Shown: positions 9,684 to 18,164 of the stretch, in pieces
How the letters are laid out: each line of letters begins with the position of its first letter
Position numbering within the stretch: position 1 is the stretch's first letter
NCBI GenBank assembly: GCA_049967475.1
Contig: JBMFSQ010000003.1
Span: forward strand, 120,587-184,586
DNA from: Chthonomonadales bacterium
GTDB taxonomy: Bacteria > Armatimonadota > Chthonomonadetes > Chthonomonadales > CAJBBX01
Length of the DNA stretch: 64,000 bases
Direction of reading: 5' to 3'
Notes under the pieces: model-generated
Seen by the model: the letters and a program-made list of their open reading frames with translations, nothing else
What the model was told of the DNA's origin: nothing
Database searches by the model: none
Program-made: the position numbers and the translations under genes

Positions 9684-11648
9684 TCAATGCGGGGTGACGA
9701 GGCGTTCGGCCAATCCCGCGTGGCGCACGAACTGGGTCAACAGGCGCGCTTCATCAGGCAGGAACGGCCGCTCATCCGTGCGGTACACTTCTACCACGCC
9801 CACTCGATTTCTGTGAATGCTTACGGGGATTGCCAAATAGGCCGAGAAGCGATCCCGGGCCGGTACGGGCGCTGATGTTGACCGGATATCCAGCTCTGCG
9901 CCGGGCAGCACCAGCGGGCGCCCTCTGCGGACGACCCAGCCTGCCAGAGGATCGGCAAGAGGCAGACTGCGCGCCGGCTGTTGACCGCTGCGGAAGCCGC
10001 TATGAGCGCAGAGTGTCAAGGCGTCGCCATCCAGCGCGTACACAGCGCTCCGATCCGCTCGAACTACTGCGATGGCCAGATCGGCCAGGAGCTGGGGAAG
10101 ATCCCAAGACGCCGGTGCGGCGCCGATGGCCCGTGCGATGCGGATGAGATAGCGCCGCCGCTCTGCGGACTTCGTGCGCGCTTCTTCCAAGCGCAGAGCA
10201 TTGGAAAGTGCGGTGGCCGCAAGGTTTCCTACCGTATAGAGAAGCTCCATCTCGGCTACCGTAAAGAGGCGGCGGCGAAGCGAAAGCCCCAACAGAACGC
10301 CCAGATCCGCATCTCCTACGGACACAGGGACGCAAATAACCGACGCCGCATGCAATGGTGCTGAGGCGTTGCGAGGGTCGGCGGCCACGTCGGCCACAGC
10401 CGTAGGGGTCATCCACTCATAGGTCCATCCCGCAATGCCTTCGCCGGGGCGCGGCCGAACACGGTTGAAGTCCGCAAGGTCCATTCCGCGAGCCGCTCGC
10501 GCCTCCAAACGCCCGTCGCGAGGATTGTGCAACATCACCGCAGATTGGTCCACTCCCAGGAGCTCCAGGGCCGCATCGGCGACGACGCCGCAAATATGAT
10601 CGGGAGCTAGGTCGGTGTTAACCTTCTGTGAGAGGTTGTAGAGGGCGGTGGCTTCCTCGGCGCGGCGTGTGGCGTCGTCAAAAAGCCAAGCATTGGCGAT
10701 GGCGATGCCCGATTGCGCGGCCACCACCCCAAGAAGCTCGGCGTCTGCATGGGTATAGGCTTGGGGCTGGCGGCTGGAGATGACCAGTACTCCCAGGTTC
10801 TCGTTGCGGCTTCGAATAGGCGCGACCAAGGCGGAGCGCGAACCGATAAAGATCGCCGATGGGGTAATCGGCCGATCCGGCGGAGCCTCTGAACCTGCGT
10901 CTGAGGCTCCGGTTTCTCCGTCGTGTTGAAGAATGCGCGCTCTGCCCTCCTCCAATGCAGGAGCAACCTGCGGATCGGCGGCCGCCAACTGCACTTCCGT
11001 CTCGTCCTCGTCCAGGCCGCGATGGGCTGCGATGAAGAGATGGGTGCGCTCGTCGTTGAGGAGAAAAACCGCGGCGCCGTGGTAGGAAAAGTGGGCGCAT
11101 ACGGTGTCCAGAATAGTGTCCAGGACTTCCTGTACGTTGAGGCTCCCGGTTACGGAGCGCGCGGCTTCGTAGAGCACGGAGAGCTCGCGCTCGATCTGAT
11201 GAGAACGCGCCAGCAGCCGTTGCCGGCTGACAGCGATAGACGCCAAACCCGCAAGGAGCTCTGCGACGGCCTCAACATCAGCACGCTCTGCCCCGGCTTC
11301 AATTCCTACGGCGATGAGCGCACCGGTTGTTACACCGTCGCACCGGATGGGAACGCACACTGCAGGCGGTTGTTGGGAGTAGGTGATGCGTTCCGTAGCG
11401 ATGCAGGCTGCCGCCAGAGATCCCTGGAATGGAATGCGCATCCCCAAGAGTTCCGCTTCATTCGGGCCGTCTACGGCAATGAAGTCCAGGTACTGCCTGG
11501 CAGCATCACACATCCCGAGGGCGGCTGTGGCAGCGCCGGTGAAACGGCGCAATTCGGCAACAAGCATGCTGAACACGCTATTGTGGATGGGACCGGCTGC
11601 CACCGTCTCTGCGATACGGGCAAGTGCTTTGTGAAGGTCAGCAGTCAT
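9684..11648 (-). CDS. Protein of four tandem GAF domains with no recognisable output domain
   Basis: Repeated GAF cores (AVCVPI..GALIA; SALVAPIRSRNENLGVL; SVICVPVSVGDADLGVL; AYLAIPVSIHRNRVGVV) joined by coiled-coil linkers; ORF open to 11705. Confidence 0.85.
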   Translation of the reverse strand: MTADLHKALARIAETVAAGPIHNSVFSMLVAELRRFTGAATAALGMCDAARQYLDFIAVDGPNEAELLGMRIPFQGSLAAACIATERITYSQQPPAVCVPIRCDGVTTGALIAVGIEAGAERADVEAVAELLAGLASIAVSRQRLLARSHQIERELSVLYEAARSVTGSLNVQEVLDTILDTVCAHFSYHGAAVFLLNDERTHLFIAAHRGLDEDETEVQLAAADPQVAPALEEGRARILQHDGETGASDAGSEAPPDRPITPSAIFIGSRSALVAPIRSRNENLGVLVISSRQPQAYTHADAELLGVVAAQSGIAIANAWLFDDATRRAEEATALYNLSQKVNTDLAPDHICGVVADAALELLGVDQSAVMLHNPRDGRLEARAARGMDLADFNRVRPRPGEGIAGWTYEWMTPTAVADVAADPRNASAPLHAASVICVPVSVGDADLGVLLGLSLRRRLFTVAEMELLYTVGNLAATALSNALRLEEARTKSAERRRYLIRIARAIGAAPASWDLPQLLADLAIAVVRADRSAVYALDGDALTLCAHSGFRSGQQPARSLPLADPLAGWVVRRGRPLVLPGAELDIRSTSAPVPARDRFSAYLAIPVSIHRNRVGVVEVYRTDERPFLPDEARLLTQFVRHAGLAERLVTPH

Positions 11649-11791
11649 GGCTAGGCTTGCAGGCTGAGGCCCACTCACACGCGGGATGCTCGCCCATTGT
11701 CGCATAGCGGTATCAAGCGTGTCAAGGGGGTTTCATAGGCCACGAGGCGGAGTGGTCCTCCGGGTGGGTGCTATGGGCAGCCCAAAGGGGC

Positions 11792-11820
11792 TTGACATAT
11801 TATTGGCGATATGGGAAAAT
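11792..11820 (+). promoter_or_regulatory. Sigma-70 promoter of RND operon 1 with overlapping inverted repeat
   Basis: TTGACA-N17-GAAAAT with TG extension; CATAT-N8-ATATG lies across the -35 and spacer. Confidence 0.6.
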
Positions 11821-11874
11821 ACCAATGTCCTGCACGATTCACTTGCAGCAGATCGCCGGATAGGAGGTAGGAAG

Positions 11875-13266
11875 ATGCTGTGTCTGCCGGGTGCACGGGC
11901 TACCAGGCGCCCATTGATCCACCGGCTGCGGAACCCCGGCCGCCTGATCCTGCTGGCTGGAGCGATGTTGATGGGAGGATGCACCGCAGTCTCTGCTCAG
12001 CCGACCCAGCGCGAAGAAGCCGTGCTGACACTTCAGGCGGCAATCAACGGAGCGCTTCAAAACGCGCCGGTGATCCTCGCTGCCGAGAGGGAAGTCGCGG
12101 CAGGGCGCCAGCAAGTAAACAGCGTTCGAGGCCTTGCGTATGGAGAGCTTGACGCACTGGTTACCGCGCAGCACCTGAATGATGCGCAATTGCTCCGGCC
12201 TCTGGCTGGGCCGATCTCCGCCTCCAGCATGGCCACGGCTCCATTTGCCCAAGACCAGCTTCATGCAGGAGCGGTCTATACCTTCCCACTGTACGATGGC
12301 AGGCAGATCGCCAACCGCATTCTAATCGCTGAACTTAGCGAGGCAAAGGCCCGCAGCTTTCTGAAAGGCACCCGAGCCGATGTGACGTACAACGTCACTG
12401 CGCTGTACGTGCAGGCTCAGGCGCTGCGGGCCCAGGCGGATGCCCTCACCGCAGAGATCGAGGAGCTGGACACCACCCGAAAGAACACAGAGCTGGCCGT
12501 GAAGATCGGGAAGCGCGCCGACGTGGAGCTGCTCAAGATCGTAGATCGGGTTCGCGAAGCAGAGGCCGCGCGGGAAGCCGTCCTTGCGCAGCGGCGGCGG
12601 GTGGTGGCCACGCTCTTGGCTGTCATGGGGCGTGACCCCGCCGGCGCTCCGAAGTTGGCCCCTCTTCCAGAGGAGCTCCCGTCGGTTCGGATGGCTTTTC
12701 AGGACCTTGAAGCGGCTGCGGCACGGCGCACCTCGGTGACCGTCGCCCAACTCACCGTCCGGCAGGGGGAGCGCAATGTGTCCCTGGCGCGCGGTTCTTT
12801 GGAGCCCGTGATTTCGCTCCAGACGAGCTACCTCAGGCATTTCGACGCCGCCTATCCGGACAATTCGCGGGAAACGTGGTTCGTAGGGATGGCCGTTTCT
12901 ATGCCTTTACTGGATTGGGGGGTTCGCCGAGCTGCCCTGAGCAAAAGCCGGGAGGAGACGCAGGCGGCAAAGGCGCAAGCCGACGGCGCCAGGCTGCAGG
13001 CGATGGCTGATCTCCAGGCGGCACTTGCGGCGTGGGATGCCGCCAAGAAGCAGTTGGATGCTGCGAACGCTCAGTATGATGCGGCCCGCGAGGTCGCACG
13101 GATCGAGCAATTGAGGTACGACACGGGAGCCGGAGATATCGAAGACTTGCTGCGCGCCAGAACTCGCGAGGCGGCGGCGCGAACCGCGCAGGCCAATGCG
13201 AAGGCGCTCGTTTTGGTAAGCGGCGCCCAAATCAACCACGTCACGGAACAGGAGGCAGTCCGATGA
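11875..13266 (+). CDS. TolC-family outer membrane efflux protein
   Basis: LTLQAAI..AL start, two OEP repeats (FPLYDG, MPLLDWG), YDTGAG..EDLL; GGAGGT RBS before ATG 11875. Confidence 0.9.
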   Translation: MLCLPGARATRRPLIHRLRNPGRLILLAGAMLMGGCTAVSAQPTQREEAVLTLQAAINGALQNAPVILAAEREVAAGRQQVNSVRGLAYGELDALVTAQHLNDAQLLRPLAGPISASSMATAPFAQDQLHAGAVYTFPLYDGRQIANRILIAELSEAKARSFLKGTRADVTYNVTALYVQAQALRAQADALTAEIEELDTTRKNTELAVKIGKRADVELLKIVDRVREAEAAREAVLAQRRRVVATLLAVMGRDPAGAPKLAPLPEELPSVRMAFQDLEAAAARRTSVTVAQLTVRQGERNVSLARGSLEPVISLQTSYLRHFDAAYPDNSRETWFVGMAVSMPLLDWGVRRAALSKSREETQAAKAQADGARLQAMADLQAALAAWDAAKKQLDAANAQYDAAREVARIEQLRYDTGAGDIEDLLRARTREAAARTAQANAKALVLVSGAQINHVTEQEAVR

Positions 13267-14846
13267 ATCCACGCTTGCGCGCAACCCTTTGGATCCTGGC
13301 AGCTTTGATTGGGATAGGCGCTTTGGCGAGGGTGCGCATGCTGCGTGTTCGCCAACTTCAGGATGCTCCCCGCCTTGAAGAGCCTCCGCTTGCCGTGCAG
13401 ACTGCTGCGGTGCGGCAGGGGCGCGTCTCCGCCACGATCACCGAGCAGGGTGTGCTGGTGGCCGAGACCGAGAGTGCTGTGGCCCCGCAAGTGATGGCTC
13501 GCTGCATCGAAGTGAACAAGCACGAAGGCGATCGTGTTCGGGAAGGAGAGGTCATCGCGAGGCTGGACGACGAGGAACTGCGCGACATCCTCAATACGCA
13601 GGCATCGGAAATGTTGAGCGGGCGGGAGGCGGCAGCAGCCCAATTCGCCGAAGTAGCCCGGGCCCGCGAGGATGTTGCCGCCCGCAGTGCCGATGTGGAG
13701 GGTGCTCGTGCCGCCGCGGCTGCTGCCCAGTCAGAAGTGGATGCCGCCCGTCAACTGCTGGCAGCGCAGACAGCCGATATGCAAGGTGCACAACAGGCCG
13801 TCGCAGCCCAGCAGGCGGACGTGGACCGCGTACGAGAGAACCTTGCCGCGGCGGAGGCGGCTGCTGCAACTCAGCGGTCGAAAACTGCACGGGACCGCAT
13901 CCTGTACGAAAACAGGGCCATATCCCAAGAGCAATGGGAGGCTTCCCAAACGGCTTTAGTGCAGAGTGAACGTGCGGTTGCCGCGCTCAAACGCCAGATC
14001 GAGGCGCTGGGCCGGGGAGTAGATGCAGCAAAGATGCGGGTGGTGTCGCTTCAAAGGGGGATGGACGCCACGCGCCAGAGGATCGCTTCACTCTCAAACA
14101 ATGTGGAGCAGGCCCACAAGAAAGTACGTTCCCTGTTGGCGACCCTTGCCGACGCCCGCCAGCGTGTCGCCGCCCAGCGTCACACGGCAGAAGCTGCGGA
14201 ACGCAAGGCCCAGGCTTTGGCACAGAACGTGATGACGGTGCGCACCCGCTTGGGCTATACGCTCATCCGCGCACCCTACGACGGCGTCATCACGGCACGT
14301 TTGGCGGAACCAGGGAACCTGGTGATGCCGGGGCAGCCGATTTACCGCATTCTGAAACCGGGCTCTGTGAAGGTCATCGTGAACCTTCCTCAGGAGGATC
14401 TGGGGCTCGTGCGGACGGGAACGCATGCGATACTCTCTGCACCGGCTGGGTCCATGCGTGCGTACGTAACGCGCGTCTATCCCTCCCTCTCCAACAGCCG
14501 GTTGGGAGTAGCTGAGATCCTTCTTGCCCGCGCACCCTTTGGCCTTAAGAGCGGGTCCACGGTGCAGGTGGCTCTACAAACCCTATCCAAAGAAGGCATT
14601 GTTGTGCCCATTCGATCCGTTCTGGATGGCGCCCACGGATCTTTGGTTTTCAAAGTGGAGAACGGGGTCGCCCGCAGCGTTCCGATTGTGGTCCTCACCC
14701 GGGGAACTCAGGAAGCCGTCGTCAGCGGCAATCTGAGCCCGGGGGACGTCGTCGTGGTGGGAACGCCGGCAGAGCTTATGGTGGTAACGAACGGACGCAA
14801 GATTGCAGCGATCCAGCCGGGAGGGTCCTCCGATGAGGTTCGTTGA
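13263..14846 (+). CDS. RND periplasmic adaptor (MFP) with very long alpha-hairpin
   Basis: N-terminal TM, split lipoyl motifs (EGDRVREGEVIARLD ... IRAPYDGVI), C-terminal GNLSPGDVVV; ATGA overlap with tolC. Confidence 0.9.
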   Translation: MNPRLRATLWILAALIGIGALARVRMLRVRQLQDAPRLEEPPLAVQTAAVRQGRVSATITEQGVLVAETESAVAPQVMARCIEVNKHEGDRVREGEVIARLDDEELRDILNTQASEMLSGREAAAAQFAEVARAREDVAARSADVEGARAAAAAAQSEVDAARQLLAAQTADMQGAQQAVAAQQADVDRVRENLAAAEAAAATQRSKTARDRILYENRAISQEQWEASQTALVQSERAVAALKRQIEALGRGVDAAKMRVVSLQRGMDATRQRIASLSNNVEQAHKKVRSLLATLADARQRVAAQRHTAEAAERKAQALAQNVMTVRTRLGYTLIRAPYDGVITARLAEPGNLVMPGQPIYRILKPGSVKVIVNLPQEDLGLVRTGTHAILSAPAGSMRAYVTRVYPSLSNSRLGVAEILLARAPFGLKSGSTVQVALQTLSKEGIVVPIRSVLDGAHGSLVFKVENGVARSVPIVVLTRGTQEAVVSGNLSPGDVVVVGTPAELMVVTNGRKIAAIQPGGSSDEVR

Positions 14847-17800
14847 GCGATATTTGCGCAAGCCCCATCTGCTGCTGTCCTTGGTGCTGGTGGCGGCCTT
14901 TGTAGGGCTGATCGGCTACCAACGGATACCGGTGAACCTCTTTCCTGACTCGGAGCGCCCTCAAATTGCAGTGGTGACGGTGTACCCTGGCGCGGCAGCG
15001 GCCGACGTGGAAGCAGAAGTGAGCCGCACCATCGAGAAAGAAGTGTCCACCATTGAATTGGTGCGCAAGGTCACCTCCGTTAGCCGAGATGAAGTGAGCT
15101 CGGTAAACATCGAGTTCGAATACGAGAAGGGGCTGGAACCGGCCGCCACAGATGTAGCAAATGCCCTCTCCAAAATCTCTGCGCAGCTTCCCAGAAGCAT
15201 CCAGCCTCCGATGATTTTCAAAGTGTCTTCGGCCACGCCCGCTGTCCTCACACTGGCGCTCCAGCCGAAGCCCGGAAGCCCGCTGACACTCGACATGGTA
15301 CGGGAGTTGGCGGATAACCGCATCAAGGAGTGGCTGCTCCAGGTCCCGAACGTGTCTAACGTAGAGGTCTTTGGTGGGCACCAGCCTGTCATCCGCGTAG
15401 ACGTAGATCCGGAACGATTGGATCGCTACGGGCTGACTGCGCAGAACGTACAAACCGCTCTGGCTGCGTTCAACAGCAATCAGCCCCTTGGCTTGGTAAT
15501 CAACAGCAACTCACAATACCTGTTGAAGCGCGCTGGAGAATTCGGCACGGTAGAGGATGCCCGCAACATCGTAGTGGCGCATCGGTCTGAAGGCGATGTG
15601 CACCTACGCGACGTGGCGAGGGTTACTCGGGGGATTCTGGAGCCTCAGAGCTCCTACCATGCCGACGGAGCGCCAGCCATAGCCATCAACATTGAACGGG
15701 CGCCTTCGGGCCACGCGCTGGATACGTTCAACAGCGTCGTAGCGGTCCTTCCCCAATTGGAGCGGATGTTCCCCAGCATTGCCTTCAGTGTGCCCGACAA
15801 CCAGGGGGATTTGATCAAGCTCTCTGTAGGCAACATGCAGGATGCGCTGCGCGACGCAATTGTCATGACAGTGCTGGTGATCTTCCTCTTTCTTGCCGAC
15901 ATCCCCTTGATGCTGTTGGCAGCCGTCTCCATCCCTTTCACCTATCTGATCACCTTTGCCGTGATGTGGCTCATGGGTTCCGAGTTCAACCTCACCACGC
16001 TTACGGCTGTGATCGTGGCGGTGGGAATGCTGCTGGATGACGCAATCGTCGTGCTGGAAAACATCGAGCGCCACTACAAATCGTTGGGCAAGACGCCGTA
16101 CGATGCTGCCGTGGGCGGCACCGAAGAGGTGATGCTGGCCATTTTCTCGGGCACCTACGCCACCGTCATGGTACTGCTCCCGATCATCTTCATCGGAGGG
16201 TATGTGCAGACGGTGCTGCAGCCGTTCGGCCTCACCTTGGTCATCGCCCTCCTGGCCTCTTATGTGGTGTCGGTAACGGTCATCCCTATTCTAGCGCCTG
16301 TGCTGCTGCGCTTCTCCCATGGACGCAGACCCAGCTTCATCGAACGATGGGTGCATCAGTTTGACGAGCGAGCCGTAGGGCCTCTGCGGGACGCATACGT
16401 ACGTGCCGTGCAGGTGGCCGTGCGACGGCCTTGGATTTTTCTGCCCCCGGCCCTGCTCGCCCTGGTCGTGTCTCTCAGGCAAATGCCCCTGATCGGCCGG
16501 GATCTCATGTCTCCCATGGATACCGGTATCGTAAAGATCTCCATGCAGATGTTTGCCAACACGTCCCTCGCCGCCACGGACGCGGCCGTTGCGGAACTGG
16601 AGCGGCGCATCCGAAGTCATCCCGAGGTAACAAGCATCTCCACGTATATCGGATCCGAACCCGCCGTGATTTCGTTTGGGTCCGCCAGGACGGCGCAACA
16701 ATGTGATATGACGGTGCACCTCATTGACCGCTTCCACCGGAAGAAAAACATCTGGCAGTTGGAGAATGAATTCCGCCAGGCGGGGCGCAGCATCCCGGGG
16801 ATCCAATATCTGGATGTGTTCGATTACGGGGCCACACCGCTTTCGACCATCAACGCACCCGTAGATGTAATGATCTCGGGACCCGATCTCAACGAGCTTC
16901 AGCGCATCGGCGATGATGTAACTCGGCGCCTCGTGGCCAATGTGCAGGGCATCACCTCCATCAGAAGCTCTTGGCGCCTAGACAATAAGGAGATCGCTTT
17001 CCGCATCATTCCCGAAAGAGCAGCCCTTTATGGCGTGTCACCGGCTGCAGTGGCTGCCCAGGTCCAGGGCGCGGTTCGGGGCTTGCCTTCATCGGTTTTC
17101 CGCATCCCGAACGAGGACGGTATCTACCTTTGGGTGCAATATCCGAGCGCCGAGCGCGCGCAGGCATCGGATCTGCCGAATTACAGGATCCAAACCCCGA
17201 TGGGCTCTGTTCCCCTTGCGTCGTTCGGGACGCTCACCACGCGAGTGTCGCCGGCCTTGATCACGCGGCAGGGGCTGCAGAGGACACTGGATATCAAAGC
17301 CTACCGGGCCCGGATGCCCATCACCCACCTTCAGGAACAGGTAGAGCGTGCGCTGGAGGGGCTGCCGCTGCCGGCTGGGTATTCCATCTCTCACGAAGGG
17401 GAGGTGAAGCTGATGCAGGAGTCCTTTGCGCGGCTGATCCTCTCCTTGGCACTGGGGATTGCGCTTTTGTATTTCTCGCTCGTACCGGCATTCAAATCGT
17501 GGCTGCATCCGCTGACGATCCTGACGGCGATCCCTCTAGGGCTCATCGGCGCCGCTTGGGGGATGCTGATCGCAGGGTTGCACAGTTCGATGCCCTCGAT
17601 GATGGGGATGATCCTGTTGGCAGGCATCGTAGTGAAGAACTCGATCTTGCTGATAGACTTCATCGAAGAAGCGCGGGCACGCGGCGAAAGTTTGGACGAC
17701 GCGCTCGTCGGCAGCGTACGTATCCGGACGCGGCCCATTCTGATGACCGCGGTGGGAACCGCAGTGGGCATGATCCCTATTGCTTTAGGTTGGGCCATCG

Positions 17801-17970
17801 GATTGGAGAGGCTAGCCGGGCTCGCCGTGGTGGCGATCTTTGGCCTTCTGGTGTCCACAGTCCTGACGCTCATCTACGTGCCGATCTTCTATAAGTTGCT
17901 GGATGCCGGTGCGGCTGCGCTTCGGCGAGCCGTGCAAGTTCCGCGCCAATCTCAACATCCTGCTCCTTAG
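14833..17970 (+). CDS. AcrB-family RND permease
   Basis: YPGA...VE, LDDAIVVLENI, VVKNSILL and RTRPILMT motifs. Confidence 0.95.
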   Translation: MRFVERYLRKPHLLLSLVLVAAFVGLIGYQRIPVNLFPDSERPQIAVVTVYPGAAAADVEAEVSRTIEKEVSTIELVRKVTSVSRDEVSSVNIEFEYEKGLEPAATDVANALSKISAQLPRSIQPPMIFKVSSATPAVLTLALQPKPGSPLTLDMVRELADNRIKEWLLQVPNVSNVEVFGGHQPVIRVDVDPERLDRYGLTAQNVQTALAAFNSNQPLGLVINSNSQYLLKRAGEFGTVEDARNIVVAHRSEGDVHLRDVARVTRGILEPQSSYHADGAPAIAINIERAPSGHALDTFNSVVAVLPQLERMFPSIAFSVPDNQGDLIKLSVGNMQDALRDAIVMTVLVIFLFLADIPLMLLAAVSIPFTYLITFAVMWLMGSEFNLTTLTAVIVAVGMLLDDAIVVLENIERHYKSLGKTPYDAAVGGTEEVMLAIFSGTYATVMVLLPIIFIGGYVQTVLQPFGLTLVIALLASYVVSVTVIPILAPVLLRFSHGRRPSFIERWVHQFDERAVGPLRDAYVRAVQVAVRRPWIFLPPALLALVVSLRQMPLIGRDLMSPMDTGIVKISMQMFANTSLAATDAAVAELERRIRSHPEVTSISTYIGSEPAVISFGSARTAQQCDMTVHLIDRFHRKKNIWQLENEFRQAGRSIPGIQYLDVFDYGATPLSTINAPVDVMISGPDLNELQRIGDDVTRRLVANVQGITSIRSSWRLDNKEIAFRIIPERAALYGVSPAAVAAQVQGAVRGLPSSVFRIPNEDGIYLWVQYPSAERAQASDLPNYRIQTPMGSVPLASFGTLTTRVSPALITRQGLQRTLDIKAYRARMPITHLQEQVERALEGLPLPAGYSISHEGEVKLMQESFARLILSLALGIALLYFSLVPAFKSWLHPLTILTAIPLGLIGAAWGMLIAGLHSSMPSMMGMILLAGIVVKNSILLIDFIEEARARGESLDDALVGSVRIRTRPILMTAVGTAVGMIPIALGWAIGLERLAGLAVVAIFGLLVSTVLTLIYVPIFYKLLDAGAAALRRAVQVPRQSQHPAP

Positions 17971-18009
17971 CAGGAGCGGCTGCAGGGCGTCGGACTGACT
18001 GATGGAAGG

Positions 18010-18048
18010 GAGGCGGTCGAGCCGCATGATGGCCCGGCCGCCTCTTTT
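18010..18048 (+). terminator. Rho-independent terminator after RND operon 1
   Basis: GAGGCGGTCG...CGGCCGCCTC stem followed by TTTT. Confidence 0.65.
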
Positions 18049-18164
18049 GTTGCGTTCCGCACACGCTTTATGGCAGGAGAGCCCGCACTCTACGGCGAAA
18101 CGCCCCTTTCAGCCGACGGTTCGAGACGACAACACGCTTGGGGCCGGGTCGTGAGGAGGGGAAT

